Origin: Minisyncoccota bacterium
GTDB taxonomy: Bacteria; Patescibacteriota; Minisyncoccia; Phycocordibacterales; UBA2100
Direction: 5' to 3'
Assembly (NCBI GenBank): GCA_035708165.1
Contig: DASSSZ010000001.1
Coordinates: 230,884 to 294,883, forward strand
DNA: 64,000 nt
Position numbers and translations under genes: made by a program. Numbering within the stretch: position 1 is the stretch's first letter; the number at the start of each line of letters is the position of its first letter. Below, in pieces: positions 46,561 through 55,458 of the stretch. The notes beneath the pieces are model-generated. The model was not told the origin of the DNA. It ran no database searches and saw only the letters and a program-made list of their open reading frames with translations.

Positions 46561-47001
46561 TCAGCTCTCTGGGCAGCCGAAGTCATGGCCGCCCACGCGA
46601 TGCACGCGGCGCATGTACCGTTGCCTGCTCGTCGCGAAATACTGGATGCAGGAAGCCCACCCTGGGACATCGAGCCGATGCTCGTACGCGGCTTCTGCAA
46701 CCCGCCAGATCTGCGGTGCGATGAGGTGCGTCGGCACGCCATGGAAGCCAGTGAACTGGTCGGGCTGATACACCACGCCGCAAGGCGTTTCCGGCCAGTC
46801 GCCATCCTCCGAACGGTTCACGATGACTTTCGCGACCAGCCGCTGTCCCATCAGCGGTTCGCCGCGCGCCTCATGGTAGATAGCCTGCGCGATGCAGGAT
46901 ATTTGCGCTTGCGCGCTATGATTTGCCGAGCTCGCATTTGCTGTCGTTGCCGGAAGCAACATCGTGGCAGCACATGCGAATAGACAAAGAAGAGATTTCA
47001 C
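46561..47001 (-). CDS. secreted cell-wall hydrolase, SleB/CwlJ-like (Hydrolase_2)
   Basis: Signal peptide, then AQAIYHEARGEP..VAKVIVNRSEDGDWPETPCGVVYQPDQF. Confidence 0.7.
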   Translation of the reverse strand: MKSLLCLFACAATMLLPATTANASSANHSAQAQISCIAQAIYHEARGEPLMGQRLVAKVIVNRSEDGDWPETPCGVVYQPDQFTGFHGVPTHLIAPQIWRVAEAAYEHRLDVPGWASCIQYFATSRQRYMRRVHRVGGHDFGCPES

Positions 47002-47128
47002 TCAAGAACTCCTGGATCGTTGCGATAGGTATGCCGCGCGTACGCGGCACGAGTTTCCTCGTCGAGCCTCCGATTTGGAATATACAACACGGATCAGATT
47101 CGTGCAAGGGTCTCCATGAAGCCTTTAG

Positions 47129-47302
47129 CTACCCCATGAGACCGCTCTCCTCGATGGCCGATTCGGTCGGATCCTGGATGCCGGCCGCTCGCACGATCAG
47201 CGTGGCAGCGAAGTAACCAAGGGCTGCGACCAGCACGAGGGAGAGCACTGCGTTCACATGGCTCTTCAAGAGCCCGGAAAGGAGGTACTTCTCAATGCGC
47301 AT
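47129..47302 (-). CDS. hypothetical small membrane protein (about 57 aa)
   Basis: Internal start MRIEKYLL.. with one TM segment; weak. Confidence 0.3.
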   Translation of the reverse strand: MRIEKYLLSGLLKSHVNAVLSLVLVAALGYFAATLIVRAAGIQDPTESAIEESGLMG

Positions 47303-47358
47303 GCCCACAATCGTAGCATGCTGCTTCGCCTCGGACTCTGAGGAGGAGCGCCGCGACT

Positions 47359-47601
47359 TTAGAGAGCGGCATCTCGCTGCGCGAGCGCGAAGCGCGGGAC
47401 CGTGATACCGCTGCCTTTCGGCCACTCCACCATCTCCTCGAACATCGAAAGCGGCCTGATCCAGACGCGCGATTCAGGGTTCTCGTACTGCGCCTCGTAG
47501 ACGACCATCGGCTCCAGGGTCTCGGAGTGCTTCCCGAGCGCGATGATGCGGTACAGGTTGCCCGTCTTGTAGTGCCGATACCGCTGCCCTGCCTCGACCA
47601 T
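47359..47601 (-). CDS. DUF1653-like small protein
   Basis: YRHYKTGNLYRIIALGKHSETLEPMVVYEAQY resembles the DUF1653 core. Confidence 0.6.
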   Translation of the reverse strand: MVEAGQRYRHYKTGNLYRIIALGKHSETLEPMVVYEAQYENPESRVWIRPLSMFEEMVEWPKGSGITVPRFALAQRDAAL

Positions 47602-47603
47602 AC

Positions 47604-48590
47604 CTATTTCCGCACGATGACCTTCCGCGCGGCCGTGACGATGTGCGGCGTATCCATACCGTAGTGCGCGATGAGCTCGTCCGGCTTGCCCGACTGCCCG
47701 AAGACGTCATGCACGCCGACGAACTCGACGGGGACTGGGTGCTCGCGCGCGAGGAGCTCGGCGACCGCACTGCCCATGCCCCCCATGATCTGGTGCTCCT
47801 CCACCGTGACGACCGCGCCTGCTTTCTTCGCCGCCGCAAGCACGGCTGCCTCATCCATAGGCTTGATCGTGTGATTATTCAGCACGAGCGAGCGGATGCC
47901 GCTCTCCTCGAGCTCGGATGCAGCACGGAGCGCGTGGTGCGCCAAGGCACCCGTCGTGATGATCGCGACCTGCGGGGCCGCGTCATCCCAGAGCGTGATC
48001 GCCTTCCCGATTTCGAAGGGCGTCTCGGGCGTGGTGAAGACCGGAGTCTTCTCGCGGCCGAAGCGCAGGTAGATGGGCTTCCCGAACGCTGCCGCGGCCA
48101 GCGTGGCCTTGCGCGCCTCTTCCGCATCGGCAGGGGCGACGACCGTCATGTTCGGCAGCATCCGCATGAGCCCGATATCCTCGAGCATCTGGTGCGTCGC
48201 GCCGTCTGGCCCCACCGAGACGCCGGCGTGGCATCCCGCGATGATGACCGGCTGCTGGTTGAGCGCGATCGTCGTGCGCACCTGCTCGTAATTGCGCCCG
48301 GGATTGAATGCCGCATAGCTCGCGATGAACGGGACCTTGCCGGCAGCAGCCAGGCCGCTGCCGAGGCCTGCCATGTGCTGCTCGGTGATGCCTGCCTCGA
48401 TGAAGCGGTCGGGGTAGGCTTCCTTGAACTTGTCCGTGCGCGTGGATTCGGTGAGATCGGCGCAGACCACCATCACGCGCTCATCGTCCTTCCCCGCGTC
48501 GAGCACGCCCGTCCCGAAGCCGTCGCGCGTGGCGGCTTCTTCCGCGGGCTGCTCCCAATCTTCTCTCAAATGCGCGTCAGGGTTGATCAT
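47604..48590 (-). CDS. transketolase, C-terminal subunit (Pyr-binding plus C-terminal domains)
   Basis: FIEAGITEQHMAGLGSGLAAAGKVPFIASYAAF and GPDGATHQMLEDIGLMRMLPNMTV. Confidence 0.93.
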   Translation of the reverse strand: MINPDAHLREDWEQPAEEAATRDGFGTGVLDAGKDDERVMVVCADLTESTRTDKFKEAYPDRFIEAGITEQHMAGLGSGLAAAGKVPFIASYAAFNPGRNYEQVRTTIALNQQPVIIAGCHAGVSVGPDGATHQMLEDIGLMRMLPNMTVVAPADAEEARKATLAAAAFGKPIYLRFGREKTPVFTTPETPFEIGKAITLWDDAAPQVAIITTGALAHHALRAASELEESGIRSLVLNNHTIKPMDEAAVLAAAKKAGAVVTVEEHQIMGGMGSAVAELLAREHPVPVEFVGVHDVFGQSGKPDELIAHYGMDTPHIVTAARKVIVRK

Positions 48591-49012
48591 AGGCTCATGA
48601 GCGAGAGGCCGGTCTCGTCATCGAAGCGGCGCTCGACCGGTTCGGCATCCGGCACGAGGCTCACCTCGAGCGTGACGGCGACCGTCGCCTCCTTGAGATG
48701 GCCGCCCGCGCACGCGAGCGTCTCGTCGCCTGCCGAGAGGACCGTATGGATATGGAGGGTGGGTGCGCCCTCGGCAACCGCGATCGTGCCGTTCATGGAG
48801 GCGACTTCGCGGGTGCCCGCGATCGGGAAGAAGAAGTACTGGCGCTTCGCAAGGTCGTAGTAGCCGAGCTCGGCGTCCATGATCGCGCCGATTGCGCAGA
48901 GCGTTCCGCTGCCGATCCCGCGCTCCGCGCAGAAGCGCGTGAGCGTCTCGATCACCTTCTCGCCGCGCGCAAGGCGGATGAGAAAGCCGTTGCTCGTCTC
49001 TCGTGATTGCAT
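48587..49012 (-). CDS. PPC/DUF296 domain protein, encoded between the two transketolase halves
   Basis: FLIRLARGEKVIETLTRFCAERGI...GTIAVAEGAPTLHIHTVLSAGDETLACAGGHL fits the DUF296 (PPC) pattern. Start and stop overlap the neighbours. Confidence 0.6.
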   Translation of the reverse strand: MQSRETSNGFLIRLARGEKVIETLTRFCAERGIGSGTLCAIGAIMDAELGYYDLAKRQYFFFPIAGTREVASMNGTIAVAEGAPTLHIHTVLSAGDETLACAGGHLKEATVAVTLEVSLVPDAEPVERRFDDETGLSLMSL

Positions 49013-49018
49013 GGCTGC

Positions 49019-49885
49019 TTATTGATGTTCGCTGGTAATCTTCCCGTTGAGCGTCCGCAATTCCGCAAGGAATCGCTTCCCCTCCTCTTCCGTCGGCGGC
49101 TTGCCGTGCCATTCGTACTTGCGCTCGATCTCGGGGATCCCCTTGCCAGGGATCGTGTGAGCGATGATCACGCTCGGCTTCTCGTAGACGGCCTGCGCCT
49201 CGCCGATCGCCTCCACGAACTGCCGCACGTCGTGCCCGTCCACTTCCTGCACATGCCAGTTGAAAGCCTCGTATTTCGCACGGAGCGATTCGAGCGGCAT
49301 GACATTCTCGGTGAAGCCGTCGATCTGGATGTTATTGCGATCGATGACGACGATCAGGTTCGCGAGACGGCTCCCCTGCTTGCCTGCCCAGAGGAACGAT
49401 TCCCAGACGATCCCTTCGTCCTGCTCGCCATCGCCCATGACGCAGTAGACGAACGAGCGCTTCGCATCGAGATTGAGCGCGTACGCGATGCCGGCGGCTT
49501 GCGAGAGCCCCTCGCCCAAGGGGCCCGAGGTCGTCTCGAGGCCGGGGAGCTTCAGCCGCTCAGGGTGCCCCTGCAAACGGCTGCCGAGGTGACGCAGCGT
49601 CATGCATTCGGCGACCGGAAAGTAGCCTGCGTGCGCCATCGCCGCGTAGCGCACCGGGACGATGTGGCCGTTGCTGAGGATCAGGCGATCGCGCTCGGGC
49701 CAATCGGGATCCTTCGGGTCATGGCGCAGGATATGGAAATAGAACGCGGCGAAGATATCCGCCATCCCCATGGGGCCGGCCGTGTGCCCGGATCCGGCCG
49801 CGACGAGCATCTCGATGATGGTCTCGCGGATCGCTTCCGCCTTCCCGGCGATAGCGGCGATACGCTCATCAGTCAGCGGCTGCAT
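49019..49885 (-). CDS. transketolase, N-terminal subunit (TPP-binding)
   Basis: GSGHTAGPMGMADIFAAFYF and MGDGEQDEGIVWESFLWAG. Confidence 0.93.
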   Translation of the reverse strand: MQPLTDERIAAIAGKAEAIRETIIEMLVAAGSGHTAGPMGMADIFAAFYFHILRHDPKDPDWPERDRLILSNGHIVPVRYAAMAHAGYFPVAECMTLRHLGSRLQGHPERLKLPGLETTSGPLGEGLSQAAGIAYALNLDAKRSFVYCVMGDGEQDEGIVWESFLWAGKQGSRLANLIVVIDRNNIQIDGFTENVMPLESLRAKYEAFNWHVQEVDGHDVRQFVEAIGEAQAVYEKPSVIIAHTIPGKGIPEIERKYEWHGKPPTEEEGKRFLAELRTLNGKITSEHQ

Positions 49886-49908
49886 GATCCGATTCTAGCA
49901 CACGCGGG

Positions 49909-50397
49909 CTAGAGCGATTCGCAGCTCGGCCAGTCGTAGCTCTGGATCGCGGAGTTCTCCACCGCGCTCGCTATGCCCGAGAGGTAGATGCAGTAGGTCG
50001 CTGCTTCCTCGTCGTACATCGCGAGGAAATAGCCGGCATGGACGTCCTTCGTGCCGTAGAGGTAGGGGTTGGCCGTGGCCGGCGTGGGATCCTCTGGGAG
50101 CGTCGTGGCGTACTTCGGCGTCATTTCCGACATGCCCGAGACGAGGTACGATCCCGGCTGCGGCGGGTAGGCGTTGTGGTCGGTCGCATAGAGCTCGAGC
50201 GCCTTCTGGAAATCGCGCATCGAGGCGAACCGGCTCGCGTCGCGCGCTTTCATGCGCGCGCTATCGAGCGATGCAAGCACGACGGCCGAAAGGATGCCGA
50301 TGATCGCGATGACGACGAGAAGCTCGATGAGCGTGAAGCCCCGCACCCTTCCTTGAGCCTGCAGCGGACCACGGTGAGAAGTATGAGTGATGTGCAT
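49909..50397 (-). CDS. type IV pilin / pseudopilin (prepilin N-terminal methylation domain)
   Basis: Internal start; leader then [25 protein letters not shown]. Confidence 0.8.
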   Translation of the reverse strand: MHITHTSHRGPLQAQGRVRGFTLIELLVVIAIIGILSAVVLASLDSARMKARDASRFASMRDFQKALELYATDHNAYPPQPGSYLVSGMSEMTPKYATTLPEDPTPATANPYLYGTKDVHAGYFLAMYDEEAATYCIYLSGIASAVENSAIQSYDWPSCESL

Positions 50398-50452
50398 AGC
50401 AGCGCTGCCTATACAGGCAGTGTACGGTGCGCCGTGCTGGCCGACAACGTGG

Positions 50453-51190
50453 TTATCCACCGCGCGGCATGTTCGCAGCGCGCTTGAGCTGACGGTACGC
50501 GAGCGGAAGATTGTCCGTGCGGAAGAGAGCCGAGCCGATGATGAATCGGGTCGCCTCCGTCAGCGCGAGGAGCTCGAGCGAGGTGAGGTTCACGCCGCCA
50601 TCCACTGAGATCGGCAGGCCCGGGTATGCAGCATGCACTTCCGCGATGCGTTCGATCGCCCGGCGATCGAACGCTTCCCCTTGGCGGCCGATCGTCGTGA
50701 TTCCCATTATCTGGATGACGCTGAGCTCCGCAGCGTATGGCTCGATTACCGAGACCGGCGTATCGGGCATGAGCGAGATGCCGATCTCCGCAGCGCCCGC
50801 CTCGCGCCAGCGCGCGAAGATGCCGGGCGTCTCTGCCGGCTTGAGCGTGAGCGCGTGCGGGATGAGGCGTTTGACGCCCGCCTTCGCGAGTAATGCCCCG
50901 ACCCGCTCCGGTTCGGCGACCATCAGGTGCGCCTCATAGGAGACGCTGTCGCCGTACGGCAGCTCCCACGAAAGCGGTCCGTGAGCCGCGAGCTTCTCGA
51001 GCTCGGCCCACTGCCCATCCTCGTACGGCCAGCCCGTGCTGCCCACGAAGCGGCCATCCATCACGTCGAGCTGCACCCATGGCGCGATGTCGTGCACGAG
51101 GTCGACCAGCCCTTCGATATCGCTGAACCGCTCGCCCATGATGGACGGGATGATCAGCTTCTCTCCGTTCGTGAGGTCCGTGTCACTCAT
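50453..51190 (-). CDS. rpe: ribulose-phosphate 3-epimerase
   Basis: Internal start [31 protein letters not shown]; C-terminal GG..N. The upstream Arg/Ser-rich 106 aa of the track ORF are not coding. Start overlaps the rpiB stop. Confidence 0.92.
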   Translation of the reverse strand: MSDTDLTNGEKLIIPSIMGERFSDIEGLVDLVHDIAPWVQLDVMDGRFVGSTGWPYEDGQWAELEKLAAHGPLSWELPYGDSVSYEAHLMVAEPERVGALLAKAGVKRLIPHALTLKPAETPGIFARWREAGAAEIGISLMPDTPVSVIEPYAAELSVIQIMGITTIGRQGEAFDRRAIERIAEVHAAYPGLPISVDGGVNLTSLELLALTEATRFIIGSALFRTDNLPLAYRQLKRAANMPRGG

Positions 51191-51677
51191 CGCTGTGCTT
51201 CTCGAGCATGGACGCATCCTTCGCGATCTCATCGAGCTTGCCGATGCGGTACGCGTGCCGCTCCTCGCCTGAGAACGGCGTCTCGAGCCACGTCCGCACG
51301 GCGTCCTTCGCCTCGTCCTCGGAGAGGAATCCGCCCGCGAGCGAGAGGATGTTCGCATCGTTATGCTCGCGCGAGAGCGTGAGGATCGAGGGCTCATGGC
51401 CGTAGTAGACGGCAGCGCGCACGTGCGGGAAGCGATTCGCCGCCATCGCTTCGCCCTGTCCGGATTTGCCGAGGATGATGCCGCGGCATTCCGTGCCGTT
51501 CGCCGCATCAGCAGAGACGCGCGATGCCGCGCCGGCGATCAGCTCAGGGTAATCATCCGCCGAATCGAGCTCGAAGGCGCCGCAATCCTCTACCTCATGC
51601 CCGAGCTCCTTGAGGAATGGCACGAGCGCCTCCTTGAGTGCGAATCCTGCGTGATCCGTCGCGACGTAGATCTTCAT
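51183..51677 (-). CDS. rpiB: ribose-5-phosphate isomerase B
   Basis: MKIYVATDHAGFALKE...GIILGKSGQGEAMAANRF. Confidence 0.92.
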   Translation of the reverse strand: MKIYVATDHAGFALKEALVPFLKELGHEVEDCGAFELDSADDYPELIAGAASRVSADAANGTECRGIILGKSGQGEAMAANRFPHVRAAVYYGHEPSILTLSREHNDANILSLAGGFLSEDEAKDAVRTWLETPFSGEERHAYRIGKLDEIAKDASMLEKHSDE

Positions 51678-51678
51678 G

Positions 51679-52686
51679 CTATGCCGTCTTCCCTGCCGCG
51701 ATGACGTGCTTCACGAGCGTGTGCACGTACCCGGCTTCGTTGTCGTACCAGCCGAGGACCTTCACCAGCGTGCCGTCCACGACGCGGGTCATGGCGAGAT
51801 CAGCGATGGAGCCGTACGGCTGCCCGACGACGTCCATCGAGGTGAGCTCGTCTTCCGTCACGGTGAAGACGCCATCCCAGCGCGGATCCGCGGCGGCCTT
51901 CTTCAGGGCGTCGTTCACCTCCTCGACGGAGGTCGGCCTCGAGGCGACGAAGGTCACATCCGCGATCGAGCCGGCCGGCGTCGGGACGCGCAGCGAGATG
52001 CCGTCGAACTTGCCAGCGAGCGAGGTGTGCGCGAGCGTGGTCGCTTTCGCGGCGCCGGTGGAGGTCGGGACGATGTTGAGCGCGGCTGCGCGCCCTTCGC
52101 GCACATCCTTCTTCGACGGCGCATCCACGATCGCCTGGCTCGCCGTATAGCTGTGCACGGTGTTGAGGATGGCGCGCTCGATCCCGATCGCCTCATTGAG
52201 GATGCCGATCAGGGGCGAGACCGCGTTGGTCGTGCAGGAGGCATTGCTGGTGATGGGGCAGGTCACGAACTGGTCCTCGTTCACGCCCATGAGGATAGTG
52301 GCCGCGCCTTCGCCCTTCGCCGGCGCGGAGATGACTACACGCTTCGCGCCCGCGTCGATGTGCCCCTGCGCCTTGGCCGGGTCGGTGAAGACGCCGGTCG
52401 ATTCCACGACGACATCCACGTCGTACTGCCCCCACGGGAGCTTCGCGAGATCTGGCTCATGCACGAATGCGACCTCCTTCCCGTCCACGATAAGCGCATC
52501 GTCCTTCGATTCCACGGAGAACGGCGCGCGACGATAGACGGAGTCATACTTGAGGAGGTATGCCAGCGTCTCTGTCGGCGCGAGATCATTGATGGCGACG
52601 ATCTCGATGTCGGGATTGCCCCATGCGGCGCGGAAGAAGACGCGCCCGATCCTCCCGAACCCATTGATTGCTACTCGTGTTGCCAT
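51679..52686 (-). CDS. gap: glyceraldehyde-3-phosphate dehydrogenase
   Basis: Internal start MATRVAINGFGRIGR; ASCTTNA catalytic Cys motif. Confidence 0.95.
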   Translation of the reverse strand: MATRVAINGFGRIGRVFFRAAWGNPDIEIVAINDLAPTETLAYLLKYDSVYRRAPFSVESKDDALIVDGKEVAFVHEPDLAKLPWGQYDVDVVVESTGVFTDPAKAQGHIDAGAKRVVISAPAKGEGAATILMGVNEDQFVTCPITSNASCTTNAVSPLIGILNEAIGIERAILNTVHSYTASQAIVDAPSKKDVREGRAAALNIVPTSTGAAKATTLAHTSLAGKFDGISLRVPTPAGSIADVTFVASRPTSVEEVNDALKKAAADPRWDGVFTVTEDELTSMDVVGQPYGSIADLAMTRVVDGTLVKVLGWYDNEAGYVHTLVKHVIAAGKTA

Positions 52687-52781
52687 ATCATTTTCCTGAT
52701 TATGCGCACGCCTGCCACCCGGCCGTGCCGCTACTATGCCAGAAGTGTACCACCACCCCGGCTGCCAGATATCCACCATTT

Positions 52782-52856
52782 GCGGAGGTTAAACCTCCGC
52801 AGATCTGTCCTCTATTTTAGATTATTTATGGAGATGTGCGGAGGTTTAACCTCCGC
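52782..52856. repeat. two copies of REP-like palindrome GCGGAGGTT-w-AACCTCCGC (52782..52800, 52838..52856) downstream of RAYT-1
   Basis: Perfect 9-bp arms, seen directly. Confidence 0.85.
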
Positions 52857-52876
52857 AATTTCCGCGAACCCTGCCC

Positions 52877-53533
52877 TCATTCCACCCACTCTGGTTGCTT
52901 GAGCCATGCATCGAGTTCGCGTTCCATCCCGATTCCTCCGGAGAAATAATCCGGGAATGCAGCAGGATTGATGATTGACTGCTGTATGCGCTTGCGCCCG
53001 ACATAATCAGCATAGCTGGAATACTCATAATCACGCAGGCCATGAGCATCCACGATCTCCCGCGGATTGAGGTGGATATATGCGAAGAGGTACTTGAGGT
53101 GAGTATCTTCGGTCACGTGGCGAGCCTTGAATGAGGAACCGAACAGGGCGCCAGTGCGCTCATTCTTCTTATTGAAATACATGGTGTAAGAAGTCATCAG
53201 CCTCTGCATGAACTTGCTCACACCCTTCCCTTCACTGTCATTCTCGCGAACGAGGATATGAAAATGATTCGGCATCAAGCAATATGCGCCAATGTCCACC
53301 AGCGGCCTTCCTCGATCGAATGAGAAAACGGATGAGGAATCCGCGGAGGTTAAACCTCCGCGAGATCGCTTGATCTCGCGGATTTCAGTTCCCTTCTGGA
53401 CCGCATTGAACAGATACATGCCTTCGAGGAATCGCTGATACTCTGCTCCATCCCGATAGACTGGCATCTTCTCGACGCCGCGCGCATAGAGATGGTAGTA
53501 CTCACCCGGAGCGAATACGTAGTTGCGTGCCAT
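52877..53533 (-). CDS. REP-associated tyrosine transposase (RAYT; IS200/IS605 Y1-like HuH)
   Basis: YHLYARGV, AYCLMPNHFHILV (HuH) and YIHLNP (catalytic Tyr). Real start MARNYVF; upstream codons of the track ORF merely translate REP copies. Confidence 0.8.
   Translation of the reverse strand: MARNYVFAPGEYYHLYARGVEKMPVYRDGAEYQRFLEGMYLFNAVQKGTEIREIKRSRGGLTSADSSSVFSFDRGRPLVDIGAYCLMPNHFHILVRENDSEGKGVSKFMQRLMTSYTMYFNKKNERTGALFGSSFKARHVTEDTHLKYLFAYIHLNPREIVDAHGLRDYEYSSYADYVGRKRIQQSIINPAAFPDYFSGGIGMERELDAWLKQPEWVE
53343..53361. repeat. REP-A palindrome copy inside the RAYT-1 coding sequence (encodes RSRGGLTSA)
   Basis: GCGGAGGTTAAACCTCCGC in-frame within RAYT-1. Confidence 0.85.
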
Positions 53534-53554
53534 GACAAAAGCATAGCACAGCTT

Positions 53555-53618
53555 GCGGAGGTTAAACCTCCGGAACTTCGTACAAGGTTCGCAGAGATTG
53601 CGGAGGTTTAACCTCCGC
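53555..53618. repeat. two REP-A copies upstream of RAYT-1 (53555..53573 imperfect; 53600..53618)
   Basis: Seen directly. Confidence 0.8.
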
Positions 53619-53639
53619 AAGAAGAGATGATTAGATTAA

Positions 53640-54239
53640 TTAGATGAACTGCCAGGTCTGCATGATTCCCGCGAGCCACGCATCATCATCCTTATAAGTG
53701 GTCACCTCATAGAGGAAGCCGCCATGGATGAACCACACCTCGCGCGTATCCCCCATTACCGGGTTGTTCCCGAAGAACATCGTCCCCGTCACGCCATCTA
53801 TGACCACGCTCGTGGGCTGCGTGCGCACGCCGGAGGGCTCGTCGAGCAGGAACCGCGCATCGCTTATGGTCGAGCTCGCGTACGACACGATATACACCTG
53901 GAACGCATGCGTATCATCCGCATCTTCGAAGGTGATCGTGTGCCCGCCGCCCGCTTCATCGTACTCGGCGCCGGTGAGCGTATCGGGATAGAGCAGGGAG
54001 AAATGATAGACGGCATTGTGGTACTCGCGTTCGCCCTCCGGCACCGCGCGCGGGTGCGTGAGAGGCGCACGCGGCGCGGCGAATGCTGCAAGCGCGCGCG
54101 CCGGATCAGCGGCAAACGCAGCAGGCGCAGCCGCATGGCGAAGCCATGCGGCTGCGCCGATCACGATCAGAAGCACCGCCGCCGCGCACCCGGCGAGTAT
54201 CAGCTTCCGGTTCCCGAGCTGCCGCATCAATGGAACCAT
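53640..54239 (-). CDS. membrane-anchored hypothetical protein, paralog 1 (199 aa)
   Basis: N-terminal signal anchor. C-terminus REVWFIHGGFLYEVTTYKDDDAWLAGIMQTWQFI paralogous to 55459..56079. Start overlaps the stop of the Gly-rich gene. Confidence 0.55.
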   Translation of the reverse strand: MVPLMRQLGNRKLILAGCAAAVLLIVIGAAAWLRHAAAPAAFAADPARALAAFAAPRAPLTHPRAVPEGEREYHNAVYHFSLLYPDTLTGAEYDEAGGGHTITFEDADDTHAFQVYIVSYASSTISDARFLLDEPSGVRTQPTSVVIDGVTGTMFFGNNPVMGDTREVWFIHGGFLYEVTTYKDDDAWLAGIMQTWQFI

Positions 54240-55393
54240 ATCAATCCATGGAACTTGATCCTGCCGTGCAGACGGATGACGCGGCCGTCCGATGTGCCGC
54301 TGCCGCCCGTACCCTCATCCTCTTCTTCGCCGCCGCTCGTCGGCGCATACGTGATCACGATGAGCCCCTGACCGCCGGTGCCACCCGCGCCATTGTACGT
54401 GCCGGAAGAGCCTGAAGAGCCGCCGCCACCTCCGCCGCCTCCGTAAATGCCACCCGCGCCACCCACTCCATACGTGCTCACGGTCGTCTGGCCGTAATAC
54501 GCATTTCCTCCCCCGCCGCCTCCGCCTGCGCCATGCGTCGCATCCCATTCGGTGCCTGCACCGCCTGCACCGCCCGTTTGCGTGCCGCTCGCGGCATTGT
54601 TCTGGCCGGCGCCGCCGCCGCCCGCGCCATCCGTACCATCCGTCGCTGGAGTAGTATTCGTGCCCGCCGTGCCTCCGTCCACTCCGTTTCGATTATTCCC
54701 GCCGCTCCCGCCTGCGTGGTAAGACGGCGCAACCGGCGAATCACCCACCGTACCGCCATCCGCACCACCTCCGCCTGAGCCACCGACGTAGCCAGTCGCC
54801 GTCTCATTACTCCCGCCGTCCGCACCGTCGGCATTCGGCCCGGCCGCACCGCCTCCGCCTCCGGCGCCATAGTTGCCCGCGCCGCTATTGCCGCCATTGC
54901 CACCGTCGTAAGTAACCGTCCCGATGCTTCCAGATACCGCGCCGCCCGCACCGCCGTTCGTGGACGAGCCGTTGGCGCCGGCCGCCGCCCGCACCGTTGA
55001 AATGCTACCGAACCACGTATCCGCTCCCGAGCCGCCGGCTCCGATGGAATACGAGACGGAACCGGAGAGCCCTTCGAGATCCGATACCTCGGCATATGCG
55101 CCACCGCCTCCTCCGCCGCCGCCTTTCGAGTTTGCGCCCTTCGCTCCGTTGCCGCCTGCGCCGATCACCTCGATTGTATTCGTGTCCGACCAGTCGCTCG
55201 GGACCGTCCAGTTTGTCGCAGCAGTATCGGTGAGATACCCGCGACACTCACCGCCGCCGATATCTGACCCGAAATCGCACGTAGTCGCCTGCGCGATCGG
55301 AACCGCTGATACGAACGGCGCGAATGCGAGCGCCGCCGCCAGAGCCGATGCGCATGCGCGGCGCAGCATCCGTTCCAGCATCCCCTTCCTCAT
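54227..55393 (-). CDS. secreted glycine-rich protein (388 aa)
   Basis: Signal peptide MRKGMLERMLRRACASALAAALAFAPFVSAVPIAQA. N-module TTCDFGSDIGGGEC..WTVPSDW..TNTIEVIGAGGNGA. Long GGxGG tracts. TEWDATHGAGGGGGG..GQGLIVITYAP shared with the 947-aa protein. Confidence 0.6.
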   Translation of the reverse strand: MRKGMLERMLRRACASALAAALAFAPFVSAVPIAQATTCDFGSDIGGGECRGYLTDTAATNWTVPSDWSDTNTIEVIGAGGNGAKGANSKGGGGGGGGAYAEVSDLEGLSGSVSYSIGAGGSGADTWFGSISTVRAAAGANGSSTNGGAGGAVSGSIGTVTYDGGNGGNSGAGNYGAGGGGGAAGPNADGADGGSNETATGYVGGSGGGGADGGTVGDSPVAPSYHAGGSGGNNRNGVDGGTAGTNTTPATDGTDGAGGGGAGQNNAASGTQTGGAGGAGTEWDATHGAGGGGGGGNAYYGQTTVSTYGVGGAGGIYGGGGGGGGSSGSSGTYNGAGGTGGQGLIVITYAPTSGGEEEDEGTGGSGTSDGRVIRLHGRIKFHGLIWFH

Positions 55394-55458
55394 ATCCTGA
55401 TTCTAGCATCGAGCGAACGCGACGCGCTCATACCGATCACTATCGCTCTATCCAGCGG

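Noticed and set aside
52782-53618. Possible CRISPR array suggested by five copies of a 19-nt repeat
   Set aside because: The repeats are perfect palindromes at irregular spacings (38, 487, 194 and 27 nt). One sits in-frame inside a transposase CDS and the cluster surrounds a RAYT gene. That is REP/RAYT architecture, not CRISPR (no regular spacers, no cas genes).
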